Positions 18,075 to 28,740 of a stretch of DNA of 53,152 nt are shown here, piece by piece. Below the pieces are notes generated by a model. That model worked only from the letters and a program-made list of their open reading frames with translations. It ran no database searches and was not told the origin of the DNA. The position numbers and the translations under genes are program-made. The first letter of the stretch is position 1, and every line of letters begins with the position of its first letter. Origin of the DNA: an uncultured Gemmatimonadales bacterium (lineage in GTDB: Bacteria > Pseudomonadota > Gammaproteobacteria > Pseudomonadales > IMCC2047); NCBI GenBank assembly GCA_964195105.1, contig CAXMOT010000038.1:1-53152 (forward strand), given 5' to 3'.

Positions 18075-19443
18075 TACCGTTGGGATCGAAGCTGGCCTTC
18101 AATGCGCGCATATAGCCGATTTCTTCAGCGCTGCGGCTATACGCCAAGTAGTCGCGCTTCAACAGCCCCACCCCGTGCTCCGCCGAAATACTGCCCCCTA
18201 ATGCGGCGACCACGTCGAAGACTTGCGCATTCACCTCGGCGCATTTGGCAAAGAACTCCGCGGGCTCCAGGTCGGCAGGCTTGAGGATGTTCAGGTGCAG
18301 GTTACCGTCACCGATATGGCCATACCAGACGATCTCAAAATCCGGGTATTGGCTGGACACCACCTGGTCAACCGAACTCAGGAACTCCGGCACACGCGAA
18401 ACCCGCACCGACAGGTCATTCTTATAGGGAGTGAATTTCGCGAGCGTCTCTGAGATATCCTCGCGCAGCCGCCACAGGTTCATCGCCTGGGTCTCATTCT
18501 GGCTCATCACCCCGTCCAGCACCCAGCCTTCCTCGAGACAACGCTCAAACAATTCCATGGCCTGGTCCGCTAACGCCTCGGAGCTGGACTCAAATTCCAG
18601 CAGCGCATAATAGGGCGCATCTTCATCACAGGGTTTCTGCAAATCGGTTGCCGCGGTCACGTGGTGCAACGCGCGATCAGAAAAGAACTCGAAGGCGGTA
18701 ACATCGAGTTGCCGGCGAAAGGTCTCCGAGACTTTCATCAATGCATCAAACTCGGGCACGGCCAGTACCAGCACCGTGAGGTTTTGCGGTGGCCGCATCA
18801 ACTTGATGGTCGCTTCGGTGATAAAACCCAGGGTACCCTCCGAGCCGATGAAGAGCTGCCGCAGATCGTATCCGGTGGCGTTCTTAACCAACCCCTTATT
18901 GAGCTCCAGCACATCGCCCTTGCCGGTCACCACGGTAAGTCCCGCCACCCAATCGCGCGTCAGGCCGTAGCGGATCACCTTGATCCCTCCCGCATTGGTC
19001 GCGATATTCCCGCCAATCTGGCTGGAGCCCGAAGACGCGAAGTCGACCGGGTAAAACAAATCATGCTCGACCGCATATTGCTGCAATTGCTCGGTGACCA
19101 CGCCGGCCTGGCAACTGACCATACGATCGATGGCGTTAAATCCAGTGATGCTGTTCATCCGGTCAAAGGCAACCACGACCTCGCCATTGGTCGCCATTGC
19201 GCCACCACTCAATCCGGTACGACCACCCGAGGGCACCAACGCCAGCCCTTGCTCGTTCGCCAGCCTGACCAGCGCCTGGACTTGCTCTGTGGTGCGCGGA
19301 AACACCACCGCGGAAGGCGCCGGCGCATAGACTCGCGTCCAGTCTCGACCATAGTATTGCAGTGACTCCTGATCCACCCGTACATCCGCCGGATCAACCA
19401 CCTCACCCAAACTCGCTACTAACTGGTTACCCATACCCATCAA
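18037..19443 (-). CDS. FAD-linked oxidoreductase, D-2-hydroxyglutarate dehydrogenase-like
   Basis: PSGGRTGLSGG, GGNIATNAGG, KNATGYDL, GSEGTLG, YGHIGDGNLHLN, SAEHGVG, DPNGIMNPGK; divergent from serA; start uncertain. Confidence 0.85.
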   Translation of the reverse strand: MMGMGNQLVASLGEVVDPADVRVDQESLQYYGRDWTRVYAPAPSAVVFPRTTEQVQALVRLANEQGLALVPSGGRTGLSGGAMATNGEVVVAFDRMNSITGFNAIDRMVSCQAGVVTEQLQQYAVEHDLFYPVDFASSGSSQIGGNIATNAGGIKVIRYGLTRDWVAGLTVVTGKGDVLELNKGLVKNATGYDLRQLFIGSEGTLGFITEATIKLMRPPQNLTVLVLAVPEFDALMKVSETFRRQLDVTAFEFFSDRALHHVTAATDLQKPCDEDAPYYALLEFESSSEALADQAMELFERCLEEGWVLDGVMSQNETQAMNLWRLREDISETLAKFTPYKNDLSVRVSRVPEFLSSVDQVVSSQYPDFEIVWYGHIGDGNLHLNILKPADLEPAEFFAKCAEVNAQVFDVVAALGGSISAEHGVGLLKRDYLAYSRSAEEIGYMRALKASFDPNGIMNPGKLLGSPD

Positions 19444-19564
19444 GCTCTCTCACCGGCCGAATAATCGCCCCATCACAAAGGCGAAATATGTTACCATAGC
19501 GCGCCCTGCAAGCAGCCAATATTTCAAGCCATTTCAACCGCGAAAAGGACCCCGTACCACTCCC

Positions 19565-20800
19565 ATGTCAGTCGTCAATTATTCCCTGGATAAAGCCAGA
19601 ATCAAGGTACTCCTGCTGGAAGGCGTCCATCAAAGCGCCGTCGAAACCTTTAACCACGCCGGCTACCAGCAGGTCGAGTTGCTACCCACCGCACTGACCC
19701 AGGATGAGTTACGCAAAAAAATTGCCGACGTTCACTTCGTGGGCATCCGATCACGCACCCAACTCACGGCAGACGTTTTCGAGGCGGCCAACAAACTGTC
19801 AGCCGTGGGCTGCTTCTGCATCGGCACCAACCAGGTCGACCTGGATGCGGCGACGCGCAAGGGCATTGCGGTCTTTAACGCGCCTTATTCGAACACCCGC
19901 AGCGTTGCGGAACTGGTTTTGGCCGAAGCGATATTGCTTATGCGTGGAGTCCCCGAGAAGAACGCCAGCAGCCATCGCGGTGGCTGGCTAAAGTCCGCCA
20001 GCGATTCCTACGAAATTCGCGGCAAGACCCTGGGCATCGTCGGTTATGGCAGTATCGGTTCGCAGCTGAGCGTGCTGGCCGAGGGATTAGGCATGCGAGT
20101 CATTTTCTATGACACCGTCACCAAACTGCCACTGGGGAACGCAGAACAGGTGCGCAGCCTGAACGACCTGCTTGGCAGAGCCGATGTGGTTAGCCTGCAT
20201 GTCCCCGAGACCCCCGCCACCAGGAACATGATCGGCGCGGCACAACTGGCCAACTTCAAGACCAACAGCGTGCTGATCAATGCCGCCCGCGGCACGGTTG
20301 TGGATATCGACGCCCTTGTAGGCGCGTTGCGCGAGGGCAGACTGCTGGGCGCGGCGATCGATGTATTCCCGACCGAGCCAAAAGCTAATAACGAGGAATT
20401 CATTTCACCACTGCGCGAATTCGACAACGTCATCCTCACGCCCCATGTGGGTGGCAGCACCATCGAGGCGCAGGACAATATCGGCGAAGAGGTAGCGACC
20501 AAGCTGGTTAAATACAGCGACAATGGCACCACCATATCCAGCGTTAATTTTCCCGAAGTAGCGCTCCCGGCACACCCCGATGAACATCGCCTGCTGCACA
20601 TTCACGAGAACATACCGGGCATCCTGTCGCAGATTAACAGCGTCTTTTCCGACAACAATATTAATATCAGCGGGCAATACTTGCAGACCAACAATGCCGT
20701 CGGCTATGTTGTGATCGATATCCATGCGCAACACAGTGAAATCGCCCTGCAAAAACTGCGTGCGATCGACGGCACCATTCGCAGCCGCGTATTATTTTGA
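19565..20800 (+). CDS. serA: D-3-phosphoglycerate dehydrogenase
   Basis: GIRSRT, CFCIGTNQVD, GIVGYGSIG, INAARG, LTPHVGGST, C-terminal ACT domain. Confidence 0.97.
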   Translation: MSVVNYSLDKARIKVLLLEGVHQSAVETFNHAGYQQVELLPTALTQDELRKKIADVHFVGIRSRTQLTADVFEAANKLSAVGCFCIGTNQVDLDAATRKGIAVFNAPYSNTRSVAELVLAEAILLMRGVPEKNASSHRGGWLKSASDSYEIRGKTLGIVGYGSIGSQLSVLAEGLGMRVIFYDTVTKLPLGNAEQVRSLNDLLGRADVVSLHVPETPATRNMIGAAQLANFKTNSVLINAARGTVVDIDALVGALREGRLLGAAIDVFPTEPKANNEEFISPLREFDNVILTPHVGGSTIEAQDNIGEEVATKLVKYSDNGTTISSVNFPEVALPAHPDEHRLLHIHENIPGILSQINSVFSDNNINISGQYLQTNNAVGYVVIDIHAQHSEIALQKLRAIDGTIRSRVLF

Positions 20801-20926
20801 GCAATACAGCCATCTGCTGTAGCGTATACCAGAGTACCGGGACATCCACATCCCTGGCCCAAGGAAAATAATAACCCGACAACAAGCCAAGTTAGCCAAC
20901 CGACCATAGTACCCGGGAGATCATCC

Positions 20927-22579
20927 ATGAAAGCTTCTGACCTGTTTGTAAAATGCCTCGAAACCGAAGGCCTGGAGTACATATTCGGCGTACCCGGGGA
21001 AGAAAACGCCGACTTTATGATGTCCCTCGAGCAATCCGAGCAGATCAAATTCATCCTGACCCGACACGAACAGGGCGCGGCATTCATGGCTGAAATCTAT
21101 GGCCGCCTCACCGGCATGGCCGCGGGCTGCCTGGGTACGCTCGGACCGGGCGCGACCAACCTCATCACCGGCGTCGCCGATTCCAACATGGACCGCGCGC
21201 CGATGCTGGTGCTGACCGGGCAGGGCGCCAGCACTCGGCTGCACAAGGAGTCGCACCAGGTGATGGACGTGGTGGACATGTTCAAGCCAGTCACCAAGTG
21301 GGCCCACACCATTATCCACGAGGAAACCATTCCGGAAACCATTCGCAAGGCGGTGCGCACGGCCTGCCTGGAGAAACCCGGCGCCGTGCATCTGGAACTG
21401 CCTGAAGATATTGCCAAGCGGGCCACCACACAGCAACCGATGGAACGTCGCAGGGTGCGCCGGCCGGTGCCCGCCGACAAGATCATCGATATCGCGTTCG
21501 AACGACTCAAGCAAGCCAAGCGTCCGGTCATCCTGGCTGGCAACGGCTGTGTAAGGCGCCGCGCCAGCACCCAGTTACGGACGCTGTGCGAGAAAACCGG
21601 GATTGGCGTCATCAACACCTTCATGGCGAAGGGCTGCGTCGATATGGATGCCGATTATTGCCTCTATACCATCGGTCTGGGATCCAAGGATGTGGTGGCC
21701 TGCGCGCTGGATGCGGCCGACCTGATCATCACCGTCGGCTATGACATGGTGGAATACCACCCGCTCCTGTGGAATCCCAACGACGACAAGAACATCGTTC
21801 ACATCGACTTCCTGCCAGCGGAAATCGATATCAACTACCATCCCGATGTTGAAGTCGTAGGCGACCTGGCCCATGCCCTGTGGATGATCAACGAACGCGT
21901 CGACGCCATGGGTGGCCTGCACTTCGACACTACCCAGCAGGCCGCGGTACGGCGCGATATGCAAGTCGACTTTGAGGAACACAAGGACGACACCAGCGAA
22001 GGCTTGATCAAACCGCAAAAGGCGGTGTGGGATGCCCGCCAGGTCATGGGGTCGCATGATATTTTGTTGTCTGACGTGGGCGCCCACAAGATGTGGATCG
22101 CGCGTCACTACCAGTGCCACGAACCCAATACCTGCCTGATCCCCAATGGCTTCTGCTCCATGGGCTTTGCCCTGCCCGGCGCAATCGCTGCCAGCCTGGT
22201 GCATCCCGAGCGCCGCGTTATGGCGATTGCCGGCGATGCCGGCTTCCTGATGAATGTGCAGGAGATGGAAACCGCTAAACGGTTGAACTCCAATATCGTG
22301 GTCATGGTCTGGGAAGACCACTCCTACGGCCTGATTGCGTGGAAACAAACCAACGAGTTCGGCCGTCATACCGAGCTTTCATTCGGTAACCCCGACTGGC
22401 TGCAACTGGCCTCGGCATTCGGCTGGCACGGTCATTGGGTGCCCAACAGCGCCGACCTCGAAGGTACGCTGGAGACAGCGCTACAGGAATCGGGACCCAG
22501 CCTGGTTGTTATTCCGATCGATTATGGCGAGAACGCCAAGCTGACAGAAAAACTCGGCCAGATCGCCTGCCCGATCTAG
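20927..22579 (+). CDS. ThDP-dependent enzyme, acetolactate synthase large-subunit-like (possibly 2-oxoglutarate decarboxylase clade)
   Basis: IFGVPGEEN, RHEQGAAFMA, TLGPGATN, DVGAHKMW, GDAGFLMN ThDP motif, YGLIAWKQ; no ilvH small subunit adjacent. Confidence 0.85.
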   Translation: MKASDLFVKCLETEGLEYIFGVPGEENADFMMSLEQSEQIKFILTRHEQGAAFMAEIYGRLTGMAAGCLGTLGPGATNLITGVADSNMDRAPMLVLTGQGASTRLHKESHQVMDVVDMFKPVTKWAHTIIHEETIPETIRKAVRTACLEKPGAVHLELPEDIAKRATTQQPMERRRVRRPVPADKIIDIAFERLKQAKRPVILAGNGCVRRRASTQLRTLCEKTGIGVINTFMAKGCVDMDADYCLYTIGLGSKDVVACALDAADLIITVGYDMVEYHPLLWNPNDDKNIVHIDFLPAEIDINYHPDVEVVGDLAHALWMINERVDAMGGLHFDTTQQAAVRRDMQVDFEEHKDDTSEGLIKPQKAVWDARQVMGSHDILLSDVGAHKMWIARHYQCHEPNTCLIPNGFCSMGFALPGAIAASLVHPERRVMAIAGDAGFLMNVQEMETAKRLNSNIVVMVWEDHSYGLIAWKQTNEFGRHTELSFGNPDWLQLASAFGWHGHWVPNSADLEGTLETALQESGPSLVVIPIDYGENAKLTEKLGQIACPI

Positions 22580-22619
22580 CAGGCTGTTGAAAAACTATCT
22601 GCGTTGCTGATACCGCGAC

Positions 22620-23516
22620 TCAGGCCAACACATCCGTGAGGGCCGGCTTTAGCTGCGCGTAGTGGAACTGGAATCCTTCCTCGAGCGCATGAGCCGGTAT
22701 CGCCTTTTGCCCGGTCAGCAGCAGTTGCGCCATCTCACCGAGCAATAATCGCAATATGAATGCGGGAAGGGGTAGCACCGCCAGCCCGTGCAGCGACGCA
22801 GCCAGGGCCTGGGCAAATTCCACGTTGGTCACCGGTGCGGGCGCCGTCGCGTTGTAAACTCCCTGGCGCTGCGGATCTTCAAGCAACCAGGCCAGCAGGC
22901 GCACCATATCCCGCATATGGATCCAGGGCATCCATTGCTTGCCGTCGCCAATGCGGCCGCCCAGGCCAAGCTTGAACGGCCATAACATTTTTTTAAAAAA
23001 GCCACCGCCGGCGCCGAGCACCAATCCTGTTCGCACCACGCACAGGCGGGTGCCAAAGCGGGTGACCGGCTCCGCCGCCTGCTCCCAGCGACGACACAGT
23101 TCATGGCTGAACTCATCATGCGCAGAAGCATCTTCAGCAACCTCGTTGTCTCCCTGGTCGCCGTAGAAACCCACCGCAGAGCCGCTAATAAAACAGGCGG
23201 GTTTATTGTCCAGGCGCTCGACCAGTTTCACCAGGTCGCGGGTAATATTGATCCTGCTGCTCAATAACAGCTCTTTGCGCTGTGTGGACCAGCGCCGGGC
23301 GGCGATGGGCGCACCGGCAAGATTGACGATCGCATCGATAGTCGCATCGGCAGCAATCTCGTCCAGGCTGGCTATCGCCTTGACGCCGCTTCCGCATTTT
23401 GCCGCCACCGAAGCCGGATCGCGACTTAGCACACTCACCTGGTTACCCCGGGCAAACAACTCCGGGCACAGGTGGGATCCGATAAACCCCGTACCGCCAC
23501 TGATAAGAATATGCAT
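22620..23516 (-). CDS. TIGR01777-type NAD-dependent epimerase/oxidoreductase
   Basis: MHILISGGTGFIG, VNLAGAPI, SGSAVGFYG, GDGKQWMPWIH, YNATAPAPV; start reassigned to ATG 23516. Confidence 0.9.
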   Translation of the reverse strand: MHILISGGTGFIGSHLCPELFARGNQVSVLSRDPASVAAKCGSGVKAIASLDEIAADATIDAIVNLAGAPIAARRWSTQRKELLLSSRINITRDLVKLVERLDNKPACFISGSAVGFYGDQGDNEVAEDASAHDEFSHELCRRWEQAAEPVTRFGTRLCVVRTGLVLGAGGGFFKKMLWPFKLGLGGRIGDGKQWMPWIHMRDMVRLLAWLLEDPQRQGVYNATAPAPVTNVEFAQALAASLHGLAVLPLPAFILRLLLGEMAQLLLTGQKAIPAHALEEGFQFHYAQLKPALTDVLA

Positions 23517-23645
23517 TCTCTCTGTTACTCCCTGTTTGGCCGCGCCATCGACCGTCCCAGACAACAAGACGGCAGAAAAGAAACATCCACTGTGTACCTG
23601 AAGTTGATACTCGCATATTTTAATCCACATTGTCCTAGATTAATC

Positions 23646-23778
23646 AGGTTGACACAGCTTTTGTGGCGAAAGATAAGGCTGCAAAACAGGGCGTCACTCG
23701 CAGCTAATGGCCGTAGCCCTTGGCAAGAGAGACAACGCCGTATTGCAGCCTTGGATCCGGCACAAAACTGTGTAGCCT
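23646..23778. repeat. Single-arm ERIC-like hairpin repeat
   Basis: Long stem (AGGTTGACACAG...CTGTGTAGCCT; AAGGCTGCAA...TTGCAGCCTT); core 23699-23727 closely matches 14028-14055. Confidence 0.7.
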
Positions 23779-23928
23779 CGTTGAACTCACCCAATGAGTG
23801 AAACGATCCTTTTGATTTTTCATATTGAAAGCAATCTCTTATAGCTGAAATAAGCGGTCAACTGATTTATCTAGGATTATAATAGCACTGGGTTTCCCGT
23901 CATCCCTTGACCAATAGCGAGGATTCAC

Positions 23929-24372
23929 ATGAAAACTATCATGCTGCTGGTATTAGTCTGCACCAGTGCAATGGCGCTCCATGTCCACGCAGACGCGTAT
24001 CGCTGGGTCGACGAAAAAGGCAACGTTCATTTCGGCGACCGGCCACCGGACAAAAGCGCTGCAGAGGATATATCGGCACAGATCGGCCAGCAGAATGGGG
24101 ACGAAAGCAGCGCCACCACCAAAAAAATCCTGGAGCAACAGGAGCGGCGTGATGCGGCAATAAAAACCGAACAGAATCAACTGGACGCCCGCGGTGGCGA
24201 CCAGGGAGAGCAACGCCGCAAGGCCTGCAAGGAAGCCCGTCGCCAACTAAAAATACTTAAGGGTCGAGTAGTGTTTTATGATAACGATGGCCGCGAAACA
24301 GAAGTCACCGAAAAGGAACGCGAAGCACGCGCCACCAGCGTCGAGAAGCAGATCGCAGCGCGTTGTGACTAG
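23929..24372 (+). CDS. DUF4124-domain secreted protein
   Basis: RBS GAGGA, signal peptide, YRWVDEKGNVHFGDRPP, C-terminal Cys pair. Confidence 0.85.
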   Translation: MKTIMLLVLVCTSAMALHVHADAYRWVDEKGNVHFGDRPPDKSAAEDISAQIGQQNGDESSATTKKILEQQERRDAAIKTEQNQLDARGGDQGEQRRKACKEARRQLKILKGRVVFYDNDGRETEVTEKEREARATSVEKQIAARCD

Positions 24373-24444
24373 TGGGGCCCTGCTAACGCCGCCTGTCGCG
24401 AGCCCATAATATTGAGGACCCACGTCAGGCATTTCCGGGCGGAG

Positions 24445-25095
24445 TTAAATCGCCCTAATTTCGAGCTCCACGCGGCGGTTTTGTGCGCGCCCCTCGACGT
24501 TGCCATTATCCGCAACGGGGTAACGCGGTCCGTAACCGGTACTATACAAGCGACCGGAGGCGATGCCCTGGCTGCCAAGGTAACTGGACACCGATGCCGC
24601 GCGGCCTTCGCTGAGGCGCTGGTTGAGTTCGTTACTGCCGGTTGAGTCGGTATGACCCGAGACGTCGATACGCGTCTGGTCGAATTCCTTGAGCACCAGC
24701 GCTACGGAATCCAGGGTGGCATAGAACTGTGACTTGAGCTCCGCTCGCCCGCTATCAAAGGTGATGTTGCCCGGCATGATGAGTTTAAGCTCGTCACCTA
24801 CGCGTTGCACTTGCACACCGCTGCCGGCGAGTCGTTCCCGCAACGCCGCTTCCTGGCGATCCATGTAGTAACCGATGCCACCGCCCACCGCGGCGCCGGT
24901 TGCAGCACCTACCACGGCGCCCTTGCCACGATCATCATGGTTGGCCGCGGCGCCAATCACCGCCCCCGCGACCGCGCCAATACCTGCGCCTTTTGCGGCA
25001 TTGCTGGTTTTCTGCTCGCCCGTATAGGGATCGGTCGTTACACACCCGGTCAGGGCGCCTGCCAATATTACGGATATAACTGCCTGATTTCGCAC
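24445..25095 (-). CDS. OmpA-family lipoprotein (YiaD-like)
   Basis: Lipobox LTGC, glycine zipper, GHTDSTG...NQRLSEGRA, GRAQNRRVE. Confidence 0.92.
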   Translation of the reverse strand: MRNQAVISVILAGALTGCVTTDPYTGEQKTSNAAKGAGIGAVAGAVIGAAANHDDRGKGAVVGAATGAAVGGGIGYYMDRQEAALRERLAGSGVQVQRVGDELKLIMPGNITFDSGRAELKSQFYATLDSVALVLKEFDQTRIDVSGHTDSTGSNELNQRLSEGRAASVSSYLGSQGIASGRLYSTGYGPRYPVADNGNVEGRAQNRRVELEIRAI

Positions 25096-25301
25096 TCTAC
25101 AACTCCTGAAATTACCGCTTTAATGTTCCGTTCACTAGGAGACTGTCGGACTTAGGATTAATCTACTGCGGATTTTCCCTTGCTACGATCACCTAAGCCC
25201 GACGGCCTCCTGGCCGGGACAAACCCGCGTCGCCTAGATTCAGCGACCGTGAGTTTGAGCCCAGCTCTTAAGCGTAGTTCCCCGCGATGAACACATTATT
25301 A

Positions 25302-26483
25302 CTATGCTTTGGCTTGCGCCGCGCGCTGCTCCAGAATCGCGACCGCGGGCAATTTCTTACCCTCAACATACTCGAGGAACGCGCCGCCGCCGGTAGAAAT
25401 ATAGGAAACGCGATCTGCGATATCATATTTGTCCACGGCGGCCAGCGTATCACCACCCCCGGCGATCGAAAATGCGGCGCTGTCGGCGATGGCCTCGGCA
25501 ATAGTCCTGGTGCCGCCGCCAAACTGGTCAAATTCAAATACGCCCACAGGGCCGTTCCAGATAATAGTCTTGGCTTCTGCCAGGATCGCCGCCAGTTGCG
25601 CCGCGGAATCCGGGCCAATATCCAGTATCATTTCATCCGCACCAACCTGGTCACTGGGCTTGGTAACCGCCGCCGCGTCTTCACTGAACTCGGTCGCCAC
25701 GACGACGTCCGTCGGTATCGGAATCTCGGTCTTCGCCAATAAGCTTTGTGCAATAGGCACCAGATCGTGTTCACACAGCGACTTGCCGACCGGGTTGCCC
25801 GCAGCCGCCAAAAACGTATTAGCAATGCCGCCGCCGACAATCAACTGGTCGACTTTTTCCGAAAGCGCCTCCAGCACGGTGAGCTTGGTAGACACCTTGG
25901 AGCCGCCTACAATCGCAACAAAGGGTCGCTCCGGCGCATGCAACGCCTGTTTTAATGCCTCCAGCTCTCCCGCCAATAGCGGACCCGCACAGGCGATCGG
26001 GGCATATTCAGCCACCCCGTAAGTCGAAGCCTGCGCCCGGTGCGCGGTGCCAAATGCGTCCATCACAAATATGTCACACAACGCCGCCATCTTTTTTGCC
26101 AGCGTATCGTCATTGGCCTTTTCACCCGTATTGAAGCGAACATTTTCCAGCACCACCAGCTCGCCTTGCTCAACTTCCACACCATCGAGCCAATCGGCCG
26201 TGAATCGCACCGGTCGGCCGGTTAGCTCTGCAATATGGTCAGCCACCGGCGCCAGCGAAAATTCCGCCTGCTCGGCTGCAGCCACGCCCTCTTTGGGCCG
26301 CCCCAGGTGAGACATCACCATTACCCGGGCGCCCGCGTCCATTGCCGCTATCAGCGTCGGCAATGCCGCCCTGATCCGCGCATCGCTCGTGACGCGACCA
26401 TCTTTGACAGGCACGTTGAGATCTTCCCTGATTAGTACTCTCTTACCGGCTAAATCCAGCTCAGCCATATTCAAAACTTGCAT
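25302..26483 (-). CDS. pgk: Phosphoglycerate kinase
   Basis: [47 protein letters not shown]. Confidence 0.98.
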   Translation of the reverse strand: MQVLNMAELDLAGKRVLIREDLNVPVKDGRVTSDARIRAALPTLIAAMDAGARVMVMSHLGRPKEGVAAAEQAEFSLAPVADHIAELTGRPVRFTADWLDGVEVEQGELVVLENVRFNTGEKANDDTLAKKMAALCDIFVMDAFGTAHRAQASTYGVAEYAPIACAGPLLAGELEALKQALHAPERPFVAIVGGSKVSTKLTVLEALSEKVDQLIVGGGIANTFLAAAGNPVGKSLCEHDLVPIAQSLLAKTEIPIPTDVVVATEFSEDAAAVTKPSDQVGADEMILDIGPDSAAQLAAILAEAKTIIWNGPVGVFEFDQFGGGTRTIAEAIADSAAFSIAGGGDTLAAVDKYDIADRVSYISTGGGAFLEYVEGKKLPAVAILEQRAAQAKA

Positions 26484-26546
26484 GCTACGCTCCTCTAATT
26501 GTTAACATCAGCCTGTTGGCTCATGAATAATGCGCGCCCGAAGCTG

Positions 26547-28553
26547 CTAAACCAGTTCGCGAACGGTCTCTGCAACATTATCTACGGTAAAACCAAAGTG
26601 CTCCAACACCTCGCCACCAGGCGCCGACTCACCGAAGGTGGTCATACCAACAACCCGGCCGGACAGACCAACAAATTTGTACCAACTGTCCTCGTGCAAT
26701 GCCTCAACCGCGACCCGCGCGACGATTTCCGCCGGCAGCACGGCCTCGCGGTAGTCCGCATCCTGGGCCAGGAATGCATCCGTGGACGGCATGGACACAC
26801 CCCGCACCATGATGCCTTGCTCCGCCAACAGATCTGCTGCAGCAGCCGCAAGTTTCACTTCGGACCCGGTCGCGATAATAATCGCCTGCGGCGTTCCCGC
26901 ACAGTCCTGCAATACATAACCGCCCCTGGCAACCAACGCCAGCTGCTCGTCACTGCGCGCCATGACCGGCAGGCCCTGGCGTGAGAATATCAGCGCAGTG
27001 GGGCCATCATCCCGTTCCAGCGCCACCTGCCAGGCCACCGCGGATTCAACCGTGTCGCACGGCCGCCACACCGACATGTTCGGGGTGCTGCGCAGCGCAA
27101 CGAGTTGCTCAACGGGCTGGTGGGTGGGACCATCTTCACCCAAACCGACCGAATCATGGGTATAAACGAAGATACTGCGCTGCTTCATGAGCGCCGCCAT
27201 GCGCACCGCATTGCGTGCATATTCCATAAACATCAGGAACGTGCCGCCGTAGGGGATAAAGCCGCCATGCAACGCGATACCATTCATGATCGCGGACATA
27301 CCAAACTCGCGCACGCCGTAGGAGATATAGTTACCCGCCTTATCGTTCAGGCTGATAGCTTTGGAACCACTCCAGTTGGTCAGGTTAGAACCGGTCAGGT
27401 CGGCAGAGCCACCGAGCATCTCAGGCAATAATGGGCCATAACCGTTCAACGTCAGTTGCGATGCCTTACGGGTGGCGACAGTTTCGCCCGCGACCTGCGC
27501 CTGCTTGATAAAATCGGCGGCCTGGGCGGCAAAATTCTCCGGCAAACGCCCCTCGATCCGGCGCATCAACTCACTGGCCTGCTCCGGGAACTCAGCCTGG
27601 TAGGCGTCGAACCGCTGCTGCCATTCGGCCTCGGCTTCAGCGCCTGCATTGCTGCCATTCCAGCCTGCGTAGACCGCATCAGGAATCTCAAACGGCGCGT
27701 GTGACCAGCCGAGACTCTCCCGCGCCGCCGCGATTTCTTCGTCACCCAACGGCGCGCCGTGAACACTTTCGCTGCCTTGCTTGTTGGGGGCGCCATAGCC
27801 AATTATCGTCTGGCAGCAGATCAGCGTTGGCTGCTCGGTATTGGCCCGTGCGGTGCCGATCGCCATTTTGATCTCTTCCGGATCATGACCATCTACATGC
27901 GCAATGACCTGCCAGCCATAAGACTCAAAACGCTTGGGGGTATTATCGGTAAACCAGCCTTGCACCTCGCCATCGATGGAAATACCGTTGTCATCGTAAA
28001 GCATGATCAATTTACCCAGGCCGAGGGTACCCGCCAGGGAGCAGACCTCGTGGGAAATCCCCTCCATCAGGCAACCGTCACCTGCGAACACATAGGTAAA
28101 GTGATCGACCAGGTTATGCTCGGGGGTATTGAACTGTGCTCCCAGTATGCTTTCCGCAAGCGCCATACCAACCGCATTGGCTATCCCCTGCCCGAGCGGG
28201 CCGGTGGTTGTTTCGACGCCGGGCGCATAGCCATACTCAGGGTGACCCGGGGTCCGGGAATGCAACTGGCGAAAATTCTTGAGGTCTTCGATCGATAAAT
28301 CGTACCCGTTCAGGTGCAGCAGGGAATACAGCAACATGGAGCCATGGCCATTGGAAAGCACAAAGCGATCCCGATTGGGCCAGTCAGGGTTATCCGGGTT
28401 ATGGGACAGGTAGTCATTCCACAGCACTTCTGCGATATCCGCCATACCCATAGGCGCGCCGGGATGTCCCGATTTTGCCCGCTGTACCGCATCCATACTC
28501 AGCGCCCTGATTGCATTAGCTAACTCTGACCGTGAAGCTGCCGTTCCCACCAT
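26547..28553 (-). CDS. tkt: Transketolase
   Basis: [51 protein letters not shown]. Confidence 0.98.
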   Translation of the reverse strand: MVGTAASRSELANAIRALSMDAVQRAKSGHPGAPMGMADIAEVLWNDYLSHNPDNPDWPNRDRFVLSNGHGSMLLYSLLHLNGYDLSIEDLKNFRQLHSRTPGHPEYGYAPGVETTTGPLGQGIANAVGMALAESILGAQFNTPEHNLVDHFTYVFAGDGCLMEGISHEVCSLAGTLGLGKLIMLYDDNGISIDGEVQGWFTDNTPKRFESYGWQVIAHVDGHDPEEIKMAIGTARANTEQPTLICCQTIIGYGAPNKQGSESVHGAPLGDEEIAAARESLGWSHAPFEIPDAVYAGWNGSNAGAEAEAEWQQRFDAYQAEFPEQASELMRRIEGRLPENFAAQAADFIKQAQVAGETVATRKASQLTLNGYGPLLPEMLGGSADLTGSNLTNWSGSKAISLNDKAGNYISYGVREFGMSAIMNGIALHGGFIPYGGTFLMFMEYARNAVRMAALMKQRSIFVYTHDSVGLGEDGPTHQPVEQLVALRSTPNMSVWRPCDTVESAVAWQVALERDDGPTALIFSRQGLPVMARSDEQLALVARGGYVLQDCAGTPQAIIIATGSEVKLAAAAADLLAEQGIMVRGVSMPSTDAFLAQDADYREAVLPAEIVARVAVEALHEDSWYKFVGLSGRVVGMTTFGESAPGGEVLEHFGFTVDNVAETVRELV

Positions 28554-28678
28554 GAAATTAATCCTCTAACCACTCTAATTTGAAAGGCGCCTATTTTCCA
28601 TTATGTGAGGTCGGAAGACAATTAAAAGCCGGTGCACGGGGCCACAATTAGCGTATTAAACTCCACAACCCTGAAAAG

Positions 28679-28700
28679 TATATCAATATATTTTGATATA
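28679..28700. promoter_or_regulatory. Candidate SahR operator
   Basis: Palindrome TATATCAA-N6-TTGATATA ending 40 bp upstream of the ArsR-methyltransferase gene. Confidence 0.7.
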
Positions 28701-28740
28701 GATTTGCGAATTGGAAAAAGGAGTGCTATAAAGCTCCACC

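Noticed and set aside
23472-23801. Short ORFs or a 6S RNA in the 23.5-23.8 kb gap
   Set aside because: The long hairpin is better explained as a copy of the ERIC-like arm; the ORFs have no recognisable features.
25216-25262. Imperfect hairpin between pgk and the OmpA-family gene
   Set aside because: No U-tract and no second copy in the window; cannot be assigned.
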